Below the pieces are notes generated by a model. The model did not search any database and had not been told where the DNA came from. It saw nothing but the letters and a program-made list of their open reading frames with translations. Both the position numbers and the translations under genes were made by a program. A stretch of DNA of 64,000 nucleotides, from contig CBDBZU010000004.1 of NCBI GenBank assembly GCA_965213625.1, positions 3,520,001 through 3,584,000 on the forward strand, written 5' to 3'. This document shows, in pieces, positions 19,665-28,431 of the stretch; the first letter of the stretch is position 1, and every line of letters begins with the position of its first letter. The stretch is from a bacterium (GTDB lineage Bacteria > UBA8248).

Positions 19665-20954
19665 TTACGAACCCGGCGCCTGACAGCCCAGCCCCTGGGA
19701 CATCTGGGCGTAACTGGTGAGCGGAAGCGCGCACATCCGCTCCCAGTCCGATTTGTCGATGACCGTCTGGTTTATCAGTTCGAGCATTTCGTCGAATTTA
19801 CGAAGCGCGTCGCAACCCACCACATCGGGGTCCGCCGCCTTGCGGTGTCGAGGCCAGGCTTTGTCTCTCGCATGGCGCCAGAATCTGCTGTCGTACCTGG
19901 AGCCGCAGGAATAGTGCCAACCGACGAACAGGCTGTAGCACAGCACGTTGTTGATGAGGAACCGATTGACCGCCGGCGCGTCGCGCTCGCGGTGTTCTAT
20001 CGGCCGGTTGAGACGCATATAGAGAACCGTCCCGACCTGCAACTGGGCGGACACGATCGCCGTTGCTTCGAGCGGCTCGATGAAGCTTGCCGCGTTGCCG
20101 ACGCGGGCCACCACGCCATCGTATATCCGGCGGTGGACGAAATTGGGAAACGGAATGACGGCGCGTTGCTCGAATTCCGATACGCCGTCGGTTTCGAGGA
20201 AAGCGTCGAAGTCCGATTCCACTTCCTCGAGGCCGGAAATGTCGCGGTTGAAGATGTACCCGTAGGAGGTATGTGATGCAAGCGGAATAACGAATATCCA
20301 ACCGTACGGACGCGCAACCGCCCGGGTATAGGTGTGTTGGAGAACCAGCCCGTCCCGCTCTTCTTCGACGGTTGCCGGACAGCGGCGGATGACGGCCGTA
20401 TTGGTGGGGATGAAGGAAACATCGATGTGCATTTCGGGGTCGAGTTCTGCGGGAAAGCCCCGGGCATCAAAGACCAAATCGTAGCGCTCCGCCGGCAGGC
20501 CCTCGAATTCCACTCGCGCGCCATCCTCCACCCTCGTGATACTAGTTACTTTCGCGTCGATGCGGCGCGCGCGGTTGCTTTCGCGAAGCAGGTCCGTGAG
20601 CAAGTCGACGGACAGATGGTAGGCATAGGACACCTGCTGCGGCGTGAAATAGTGGGTGAAGTCCTGATTGTGCCGGCCCCATCCCTCGAATGCGACACCA
20701 TACTTGCGCGTTCCTTTCAGGCGCCGCTGGACGGTTTCATGGGGCAAACGGGTCAGTTTGCGCAAATCCTGCACGAGGCTCGGCCAACTGCCTTCGCCCA
20801 CGCCGATGACGGGAATGCGCGAGTCATAGATGTGGTGCAGCTCGTGGTCGCTCTCGGGTAGAAGACGAGTCACATTGGCGGCCGCAAGGGACCCTGCGGT
20901 TCCTTGCCCGAGGACCGCGATTTTCCGTAAAGATTCTGCGCCCGGCTGTATCAT
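19665..20954 (-). CDS. srpI: Flavin-dependent tryptophan halogenase (peptidyl-Trp brominase, SrpI-like)
   Basis: GQGTAG, IGVGEGS, catalytic Lys in GTRKYGV, GWIFVIP (WxWxIP variant) and FIEPLEATA. Confidence 0.88.
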   Translation of the reverse strand: MIQPGAESLRKIAVLGQGTAGSLAAANVTRLLPESDHELHHIYDSRIPVIGVGEGSWPSLVQDLRKLTRLPHETVQRRLKGTRKYGVAFEGWGRHNQDFTHYFTPQQVSYAYHLSVDLLTDLLRESNRARRIDAKVTSITRVEDGARVEFEGLPAERYDLVFDARGFPAELDPEMHIDVSFIPTNTAVIRRCPATVEEERDGLVLQHTYTRAVARPYGWIFVIPLASHTSYGYIFNRDISGLEEVESDFDAFLETDGVSEFEQRAVIPFPNFVHRRIYDGVVARVGNAASFIEPLEATAIVSAQLQVGTVLYMRLNRPIEHRERDAPAVNRFLINNVLCYSLFVGWHYSCGSRYDSRFWRHARDKAWPRHRKAADPDVVGCDALRKFDEMLELINQTVIDKSDWERMCALPLTSYAQMSQGLGCQAPGS

Positions 20955-21085
20955 CCTACATCACTTTTACAAGTATCGGTGCATCGCAGGTAAAGTACCA
21001 TTTCCTTTTGAATATAGATGAAATTGCGGATACGAACCATGAGCCTTTTGCAAAGGGAATTATATACGAGATTACCCAAGCCAGC

Positions 21086-21232
21086 CTATTTCGCCGACTT
21101 CTTCATAAAATCCCATGATTTCTTCGGTGGCCCCTGCATGCAAGCGCGGGCGATATTCTCTGGGGTGTCGGGGATAGGTGGAGGCATTTGCTTCTCTACG
21201 GGGCGACCCCGTGGCTTCTTGCTATCGGGCAT
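21086..21232 (-). CDS. Small basic Pro-rich passenger protein (48 aa, below the ORF-track cut-off)
   Basis: MPDSKKPRGRPVEKQMPPPIPDTPENIARACMQGPPKKSWDFMKKSAK*, preceded by an AAGGAG RBS. Confidence 0.5.
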   Translation of the reverse strand: MPDSKKPRGRPVEKQMPPPIPDTPENIARACMQGPPKKSWDFMKKSAK

Positions 21233-21445
21233 GGATTCTCTCCTTTTGTTGGTGATGATTGAAGTGTAGCATAATTTGTGGTTTATTTCTCATTGCAGAA
21301 GTGTGCAGACTTCTCTTTTCTGCACCATGCCATTCGCCTCTTTTTCTTGATTTCCTTGCTCCACTTTTCATCAATCTGCCTCTTTGCACAATATGCGTAG
21401 GTGAGCTTCCGCTATTAAACCATGCAATCACTACAAAGTGATAGG

Positions 21446-21865
21446 CTACTCTTTCTTACGTAGCCGCTCTCTGAGATTAATCATTGATTCGCATATTGCT
21501 TTTTGCACCTTGTCCACCGACACCGAGTAGCCCTTGAACTCTGGGAACAGGATGAAGAAGGCTTCCTCTAAGTCCTCGCCTGCCACAGAGCAAAACCCTT
21601 CAAATTTTTTGGGCTTGGGGCGAAACCGCCTATTGAACTTCTCCAAAGGCTTGCATATCTCATTGCGCACCTTATACGCTTCCACCAGGTTGCCATCGAA
21701 GCCTGGATACATGCCGACGATCCATTTCCTTACACTATCTCCGCTCGCATTACATAACCCCACGAACTTCGGGCGATTGCGGGAGCCTGGATGCTTTTCA
21801 GCGCCCACCGCGGGCGCGGCGGACAGCATAGCGAGGGCGAATAATGCGAGTATTGCGCGTTTCAT
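21446..21865 (-). CDS. Secreted passenger protein with a two-fold Cys-containing internal repeat
   Basis: Signal peptide MKRAILALFALAMLSAAPAVGA; repeats KFVGLC...KVRNEICKPL and KFEGFC...KVQKAICESM. Confidence 0.6.
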   Translation of the reverse strand: MKRAILALFALAMLSAAPAVGAEKHPGSRNRPKFVGLCNASGDSVRKWIVGMYPGFDGNLVEAYKVRNEICKPLEKFNRRFRPKPKKFEGFCSVAGEDLEEAFFILFPEFKGYSVSVDKVQKAICESMINLRERLRKKE

Positions 21866-22101
21866 TAAATTCTCCCCTTGCGCGAAAAAAAAGAGCTTCA
21901 TAGAAGCCCTGTAACGAACGAACTCAAGTTTACGAAGGATCTACCATTCGGGATTCTATATCCCCGACGCGGCGGCGGCGTCCTGCTAGCTCATACCGCC
22001 ATTGAAGATAACCAGAACAACAACAAAGGTAATAAGTTCTCCAGTATTGAGCCATTTCGGTTTTCTCATAACGCACACCTTTGATGGTGTCAAGGTGTTC
22101 T

Positions 22102-23043
22102 TTATGCCACCAAGTCATCATACCGGAGCCTCTTGCCGTGCATCCCAGATACGATGGACTCCATTTGCTCGATTGTGTCCATTGGTCGGATATTGTGTCG
22201 CCCTGCAAACTCGTTCACGTAACGTTCAAGATGCTTCTTGCTCATCTTGTGGAATGTTCCATTTTGAGCGCGCTTGAGCATGGCCCAGAAGCTCTCCACG
22301 CCGTTCGTATGCGCTTGCTTCCGCACGTATTCGCCTACGCTATGCTTCACGGCTTCATGGTCGTATCCGGCCATGTTTTCGTATGAGGAATGATCGTCGG
22401 TATACACCTTGGCCCCTTCCTTCACGTTGCTTTGGATGAAACCCTGCAAGGTCTCCCTGTCAGTCGATTCCACCACCTTGGCCTTGATGTGGTTTGTTTC
22501 CCGATCTTTTACGCCAGCGACAATCGCCTTGTCAACGGTTCCACGACCCTTGAGGTTAACCCGCTTTGACTTTCGCATGTTCTTGCGCTTTCCGCCAAAG
22601 TAGGACTCGTCCGCTTCCACGGGACCATCAAACTGCCCGCCGTTATCTCTCCACGTTTCCCTAATGCGGTGCATCATGAACCATGCGGTCTTTTGCGTTA
22701 CGCCCAAATCCCGATGCAACTTCATGCTTGAGACGCCCTTGAGATTCGTAGATGAAAGGTAGAACGCGATAGCCCACTTTTGCAAGGAAATCTTTGAGCC
22801 TTCCATGAGGGTGCCAGTCTTTATCGAGAAGTCCTTGCGGCAATCGCGGCAACGATAAGGCTGGGGCTTGCGTGTCTTTCTCTCTTGAATGTTCAGACCC
22901 CCACACTCAGGGCAACACACGCCGACGGGCCAGCGCGCCTTGATGAACCATGCCTCAGCCGACTTCTCATCGGGAAACATCTGGATGATCTCTATAAGTG
23001 AAATGCCCTTCCGGTATGCCTTGCCTGGTGCCTTGTGAGCCAT
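22102..23043 (-). CDS. IS1595-family transposase
   Basis: Zn ribbon CPEC/CRDC, KGVSSMKLHRDLG, VEADESYFGG, VYTDD, HTNGVESFW and YVNEF. Confidence 0.95.
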   Translation of the reverse strand: MAHKAPGKAYRKGISLIEIIQMFPDEKSAEAWFIKARWPVGVCCPECGGLNIQERKTRKPQPYRCRDCRKDFSIKTGTLMEGSKISLQKWAIAFYLSSTNLKGVSSMKLHRDLGVTQKTAWFMMHRIRETWRDNGGQFDGPVEADESYFGGKRKNMRKSKRVNLKGRGTVDKAIVAGVKDRETNHIKAKVVESTDRETLQGFIQSNVKEGAKVYTDDHSSYENMAGYDHEAVKHSVGEYVRKQAHTNGVESFWAMLKRAQNGTFHKMSKKHLERYVNEFAGRHNIRPMDTIEQMESIVSGMHGKRLRYDDLVA

Positions 23044-23098
23044 TGTCTAACCTCCTTATTTATGGAAGCAGTTTACCCGCGTTAAGGGAGGTTGTCAA
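23043..23098 (-). promoter_or_regulatory. Transposase promoter embedded in an RBS-sequestering inverted repeat
   Basis: On the minus strand, TTGACA-17 nt-TAAACT. TTGACAACCTCCCTTA can pair with TAAGGAGGTTAGACAA, which covers the RBS. Confidence 0.65.
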
Positions 23099-23162
23099 GT
23101 GCTATTTTGGAATACATTAGCAAACATGGTAAAATTAGAAAATTTTACCATGAGGGAGGTCA

Positions 23163-23600
23163 ATGAAACTAAACCCAATTTCAGCCGCCAAGAGAATGTG
23201 TGAGCGATCTGAGTGGTCATTGTCTAATCTGACTCTGCAGAAAATACTGTACATCGCCCACATGTATCATTTAGGATTGCATGATTCAGCCCTTGTGGAT
23301 GGTAATTTTCAGGCATGGGATTTAGGCCCAGTCCATCCAGATGTATATCATTACGTAAAGGTTTTTGGGGGAAGACCTATCAAAAACATTTTTCGTTCGG
23401 TAGCATCTGCAGGTGAAGGAACTGAAACAAAATTACTGGATCAAGCCGTCGATCAGTTAAGCGTGAAAAGTCCTGCTTCATTGGTAGAATTTACACATAG
23501 GGAAAATGGCGCATGGTCTAAATGCTATACTCCATATAAAAATAATGTTGTAATTCCCAATAATGATATAATGAATGAATACAAGGAACTTGCAAGATAA
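23163..23600 (+). CDS. Panacea-domain (DUF4065/SocA-like) antitoxin
   Basis: Motifs SNLTLQKILYIAH, FQAWDLGPVHPDVY and LVEFTHRENGAW. Confidence 0.88.
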   Translation: MKLNPISAAKRMCERSEWSLSNLTLQKILYIAHMYHLGLHDSALVDGNFQAWDLGPVHPDVYHYVKVFGGRPIKNIFRSVASAGEGTETKLLDQAVDQLSVKSPASLVEFTHRENGAWSKCYTPYKNNVVIPNNDIMNEYKELAR

Positions 23601-23605
23601 TTTAA

Positions 23606-23914
23606 ATGAGCGATCCGCCAGATTTTGAGAAAAATTTTTCTAAAGAAGACCCTACACCAAAGACAACCAATTTAGAGATTCTTCAAAGCAAAATAGATTC
23701 TTTGTCTGATGCTCAACTAGAAGAGCGATTCATATTTGGGTTAATCACAACCATTTTACTAAACGTCATTTTCTTCTCAGCCCTACCAGAAGGATGGGGA
23801 GGGCCAATAGCTATTTTAATTTTGGAATTAATACTTCTATTTGTTTTAGCGAAACGGCTAGGTATTGAAGAAGTGTCTCAGTTGATTGACAAATTACTTA
23901 ATCGATTTGGGTAA
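23606..23914 (+). CDS. Two-TM membrane protein, possible toxin partner of the Panacea protein
   Basis: Starts 5 bp after the antitoxin stop, has two hydrophobic helices, and its stop codon lies inside the IS1595 IR. Confidence 0.6.
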   Translation: MSDPPDFEKNFSKEDPTPKTTNLEILQSKIDSLSDAQLEERFIFGLITTILLNVIFFSALPEGWGGPIAILILELILLFVLAKRLGIEEVSQLIDKLLNRFG

Positions 23915-24068
23915 ACTCGTATATAATTCCCTTTGCAAAACCCCATTGGAGCAGGGGATAAGTTTCGAGGTTGCGTGAAGGTTGGAGGGATATAAGTGGA
24001 CAAGGGGGCGTTCCCTGCTATGTTGTGGTTATGAGCCCTACAACATCCTAAAGCGGAGGGAACGCCCC

Positions 24069-25135
24069 ATGTCCTTGGTATCGAGTTTAACCGACATCTG
24101 GAAGCGGTTTCAAGGTGAATTGTTTCCCAGGCTGTCCGAAGAGGTCGGCGAACTGCAAACGAAGCACAGGCGGCTGGTAGCCGTTCTCGACGTGGTTGCG
24201 GTGGAGGGCTTCGTCGGTGTGCGTAGCGGCGGGAGCGGTCGTCCGGCAGAAGACCGTGGGGCGCTGGCGCGCGCGTTCATCGCCAAGGCCGTATGGGACT
24301 TTCCGACCACGTCGCGTGTGACCCTGTGCTGCGGCGTCTGTGTGGCTGGTCGCGTGTGGGCGAGATACCGAGCGAATCGACGTTTTCGCGCGCCTTTGGA
24401 GAGTTCGCGCGGAGCAGGCTGCCCGAGCGGATGCACGAGGCCGTGGTCAAGGCGGCGTTTGAGGAGACGATTGTCGGTCACATCTCACGCGATTCGACCG
24501 CTATTGACGTTCGTGAGAAGCCCGAACCCAAAGACGGGAAGGCGAAACGGCCGAGCCGGCTGCAGCGGCAGTTGCGCATGGACCGCGACACGATGCTGGA
24601 TGAGTTGCCGACGGCCCCGACGGTTGGCTTGAGGAAAAACGCGAAGGGCTTTCTTGAGACCTGGAGGGGTTACAAGCTGCATGTGGACGCCGCCGACTCC
24701 GGGGTTCCCATTAGCTGCCTGTTGACCTCGGCCTCCCTGCATGACAGCCAGGCGGCCATCCCCCTAGCGACCCTGAGCACGGAACGGGTGACATACCTCT
24801 ATGAACTGATGGATGCGGCCTACGACAGCAAAGAGATCGGCCGGCACAGCTACCTCTCAGGTCATGTTCCGATCATCGACGTCAACACCCGCCGGGACAA
24901 GGAGCGTAAGAAGGAACGTGCCAGGGAGGCTCGCGCCCGGCGCTGCGCCGGATATAGCGACCCCCGAAGAGTGCGCTACAACGAACGCTCCACAGTCGAA
25001 CGCGTGAACAGCCGAATCAAGGATTCCTATGGCGGGCGCCACGTCCGCGTGCGGGGCCATGAGAAGGTCTTCTGCCACCTGATGTTCGGTGTCCTCGCCC
25101 TCACCGTCGATCAGCTCATGCGCCTGACGCTCTGA
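24069..25135 (+). pseudogene. Frameshifted transposase of IS copy 2
   Basis: A 19-bp deletion near 24310 relative to copy 1 splits the ORF. Confidence 0.9.
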
Positions 25136-25524
25136 ACCCGCACCGGCCCCATGGAACGACCTCGCATCCCGTCCCATAGCCTGAGCGGCGCGATGAAGCC
25201 TGCCCGGACGAACCCGGTTCGCCTGCTCTCTGGCCTCTCTTCCTCCCGCTCACCGCGAAACGCCCGATTCTCCAAACACATGCTGCGTTCCTCAAGCCCA
25301 CTTGGCCTCCTGCGCAATATCTCACAATCCTCCTTGAGGTTTTTGCAAGAAGCTCAGTGATTTTATCCTCGTGTCCACGCCTAAAATCGATTAGGGTATT
25401 GAAGCACGGTTCTGATTTGTACCATCATGCCAATCTCACCATAATGTAATCCATTTTCAAACCAAGTCCAAGTCACACCGTTATTTGTCATTTTTTTGGT
25501 TTCACATACCAATTTAATTGAGCA

Positions 25525-25543
25525 AGTGATGCATATAATTCCC
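25525..25543. mobile_element. Orphan IS1595-type end
   Basis: GCATATAATTCCC matches 12 of 13 nt of the IS1595 terminus GTATATAATTCCC and is preceded by AT-rich passenger-like DNA. Confidence 0.45.
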
Positions 25544-25565
25544 TAAATTTTCCTTAGTGGATGGA

Positions 25566-25652
25566 ATGGCCGAGAGCTTCTTCGCCACGCTGGAGTACAA
25601 GCTCATCGACCGAAGTTCTTTCTACACTTAGGCCGAAGCGCGTATAAGGGTA
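25566..25652 (+). pseudogene. IS3-family transposase fragment
   Basis: Manual translation MAESFFATLEYKLIDRSSFYT*AEARI contains the ESFFxxL integrase-core motif and a stop. Confidence 0.6.
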
Positions 25653-25954
25653 TCCACACTGCGGGCCTCACATCTCGTTTGGAAGTTCATCGTCGCTGTG
25701 TCGACTACGCCGCAAGTGCGAATGAGAAGCGAACCCTTGGTTCCTGAATGAACGTTGCGAGGCACCGGAACGAAGTCATGATTAAGCTGTTGCGGGCGGG
25801 AATTAGGAGGCTGCAACACAACAGTCCGACAGGTAAGCATTCGGTTACGCGGTGATATTTTCACGGGTTTCGTAAAGGTTTGTTGAATTTATGCGGCGTA
25901 GTCCGGTTTGGGCTAGTGCTTTCCTGACTCCATCACCCCACGACCGAATGGTTA

Positions 25955-27983
25955 TTGCGCCAGGCTAAGCCCTGGAGAGGAGGACGCCATGACCTGAAAC
26001 CTCTCGTAGCGACCCAGCGGGTTCGACTCCCGTCCGGCAAAGGCGCAGCCAGCCAGCCGGAAGCGAGTCTTGCATGGCGTGTGGCAACGCGCGTCGTGAA
26101 GCGTAGACAGCAGGTGACGAAGCGGTGGGGTAAGCCTCGAAATCGGTGAATCGACGACGCCTTCATTGTTAATCGTGTGGGGGAGCACCGGAAGCGCCGC
26201 TATCGGCGAGGCGCAACGGGTCGTCCGGGGTCGTGGACCGGCGCAAAGTCACGGGGATGGGTCGCCAGGGAACCTGGGAGATCCTGCTCTTGCCCGTGGG
26301 CAAGAACGCTGGAAAGGGGACGGCCAGCGTGAACAATCCAGACCCCGGCCCGACGCCGGCCCTGCACGGCTACGGGAGCGCCCCATGGCGGACACGAACC
26401 CCGGCAGGCGCCCGCGGAACCGGCTGGCGAAAACAATAAGCCGAAGGAGATGCGAGAGCAGGAAGTCGTAGCGCCCTGATAGTACCGCTGAAGGCGGGGA
26501 ACCGCGGCCACCGGGACCCGCTGGAGGGAAGCGGGGCGTCATCTGTACAGAGCCACTGATGGGAAACGTTGGAGGAAACTCTGAGTTCCACGAACACGTA
26601 CACGAAACAGCAGTGGATAGCCGAACAGGCGAGGGAGCATCCGGAACGGGTGTTCACGTCCCTGCACCACCTCATCGACGGCGAGTGGATGCGCGAAGCG
26701 TATCGCCGCACGCGCAAGGATGGGGCGAGGGGTATCGACGGCGTGAGCGCCGCCGACTACGAGAAGGACCTGGAGGTGAATCTTGACGACCTCCTGAGCC
26801 GGATGAAGTCGGGTCGATACTTTGCGCCGCCGGTGCGTCGGCACTACATCCCGAAGGCGGACGGCACGAAACGACCGCTCGGCATTCCGACGTTTGAAGA
26901 CAAGGTGGCGCAGCGGGCAATCCTGATGCTGCTGGAGCCAATCTACGAGACGGACTTCCTGACGTGCTCGTACGGCTTCCGGCCCGGACGGTCGGCTCAC
27001 GATGCCCTGGACGCACTTCGCACGGGCATCATCGAGCAGCGCCAGCGGTGGGTGATTGACGCCGATATCTCGAAGTACTTCGACTCGATATCGCACACCC
27101 ACCTGCGGTCATTCCTCGACCTGCGGATCAAGGACGGCGTCGTAAGGCGCATGATAGACAAATGGCTGAAAGCTGGGGTTCTCGAAGAGGGCACCGTGCA
27201 CAGGCCGGTCAGCGGCACTCCCCAGGGTGGGGTAATCTTGCCAATGCTTTCCAACATCTTCCTGCACCACGTGCTGGATAAGTGGTTCGAGGAAGTGGCG
27301 AGGCCGCGCTTGCGCGGAAACTGCCAACTGGTGCGATTCGCCGACGACTTTGTCGTCGCCCTGGAAGACCGTCACAGCGGCAAGCGACTGCTTGACGTGC
27401 TGGACAAACGTCTCGGCCGATACGGACTCACACTCCATGAGGCCAAGACGCTCTATGTGGACTTCCGCCGGAGGCGTCCCTACGGGCGTCACTGGATGGC
27501 GTCGGCCACGACGTTCGACTTCCTCGGCTTCACCCACGTCTGGGGGCGGTCGATGCAAGGAAAGGACGTCGTCCGCCAAATTACGGCGAAAGGCCGCTTC
27601 GCCCGCGCGCTGAAATCGGTGCACGAATGGTGCAAGAGAAACCGGCACCTGCCGATTAAGGCGCAGCATGACTATCTCGTCCGGGCGATACGAGGCCACT
27701 GCGCATATTACGGTCTGAGGGGGAACGGCAAACGTCTTCGGTGGTTCCGCTACCAGGTGGCTCGCTCGTGGCGGAAGTGGCTTGCGCGCCGCAACCGCCT
27801 GCGCCGGATGAACTGGGACCGGATGAACGCGCTCCTCATGCGATATCCCCTTCCATATGTCTCTTACGCGCGCTCACGGCAAAGCTTCTTGAGTGAACCT
27901 GTCAGGTGAGGTACCGAGTGCGTCAATCGCGCACGCTCGGGTCTGTGGGGGGCGGGGAGTAGAAATGCCCCCGCCTACCCGGC
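25955..27983 (+). mobile_element. Group II intron (bacterial lineage, no endonuclease domain)
   Basis: 5' end TTGCGCCAGG; domain V/VI after the ORF (CCGAGTGCG..CGCACGCTCGG; GGGGCGGGG..CCCCGCCTACCCGGC). Boundaries estimated by eye. Confidence 0.85.
26569..27909 (+). CDS. ltrA: Group II intron reverse transcriptase/maturase
   Basis: RPLGIPT, SYGFRPGRS, DADISKYFD, GTPQGG, RFADD, FDFLGF and an X domain; no HNH domain. Confidence 0.93.
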   Translation: MEETLSSTNTYTKQQWIAEQAREHPERVFTSLHHLIDGEWMREAYRRTRKDGARGIDGVSAADYEKDLEVNLDDLLSRMKSGRYFAPPVRRHYIPKADGTKRPLGIPTFEDKVAQRAILMLLEPIYETDFLTCSYGFRPGRSAHDALDALRTGIIEQRQRWVIDADISKYFDSISHTHLRSFLDLRIKDGVVRRMIDKWLKAGVLEEGTVHRPVSGTPQGGVILPMLSNIFLHHVLDKWFEEVARPRLRGNCQLVRFADDFVVALEDRHSGKRLLDVLDKRLGRYGLTLHEAKTLYVDFRRRRPYGRHWMASATTFDFLGFTHVWGRSMQGKDVVRQITAKGRFARALKSVHEWCKRNRHLPIKAQHDYLVRAIRGHCAYYGLRGNGKRLRWFRYQVARSWRKWLARRNRLRRMNWDRMNALLMRYPLPYVSYARSRQSFLSEPVR

Positions 27984-28107
27984 CCATCCGCGTTCGACAG
28001 TATCCCGCCAGGGTGCGCTGTCGTTATAATGAATCTGCTTGCGGCATGATTACATTTGTTTTAATAAATATGCAACTGATTCAAAAACAATAACTTAATT
28101 TTAATAT

Positions 28108-28346
28108 TCTGGATATATCGATAAAATTAGATAAATTCACGGGGTATTTCGGTAAATAACTGCAAATTGTTTTCATGGGAAATGACGCATCGGAACCGCG
28201 ACGCAGGGGAATTCTGCCACGGTTCGCCAGTTTTGCAGTGACGGCAAATACGGGGAGTTGCGGGGCGGAATGCTCCCGGATACGCGAGCCTCGCGGGCCG
28301 TTGGGATTCGGAACCGGAGGAACCGGCGGTGATCACACGGGGGGTT
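28108..28346 (+). ncRNA. Unidentified structured non-coding element, copy 1
   Basis: About 80% identical by manual alignment to the reverse complement of 33481-33719 over the ~167-nt core. Substitutions are compensatory or wobble-preserving, and an indel breaks any shared reading frame. Confidence 0.55.
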
Positions 28347-28431
28347 CGGGTGGCTCTACAAAGAGCGAAGCAAGTGAGATGTAATATCAACTATAAATCA
28401 TAACTATATGAAATATAACGTAGTATCATTT

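Larger units (their letters stand above)
21055..23931 (-). mobile_element. IS1595-family element with passenger genes (2877 bp)
   Basis: 25-bp IRs GGGAATTATATACGAG(A/T)TTACCCAA; 8-bp target duplication TTTGCAAA at 21047-21054 and 23932-23939. Confidence 0.93.
4236..25355. mobile_element. Composite-transposon-like unit carrying the proteusin cluster
   Basis: Two inverted copies of the same IS enclose 5685-21040, which contains only the RiPP cluster. No target-site duplication is visible at the outer ends. Confidence 0.55.
21041..25355 (+). mobile_element. IS copy 2 (same element as 4236-5684), interrupted in its left IR by an IS1595
   Basis: Ends GAGCCTTTTGCAAA|ACCCC and GTTTTTGCAAGAAGCTC. 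Removing the IS1595 plus its 8-bp duplication (2885 bp) and restoring a 19-bp deletion gives exactly 1449 bp. Confidence 0.9.

Noticed and set aside
26017-26032. T-loop-like GGGTTCGACTCCC suggesting a tRNA
   Set aside because: No cloverleaf around it, and it lies inside domain I of the group II intron.
26569-27909. RT as a retron, DGR or CRISPR-associated RT
   Set aside because: It has a maturase domain and flanking intron domains V/VI; no template/variable repeat pair or cas genes are present.
28127-28390. Small ORFs over non-coding element copy 1 (28127-28390 minus, 28175-28384 plus)
   Set aside because: The frame is not conserved in copy 2 and the substitutions are not biased to synonymous positions.
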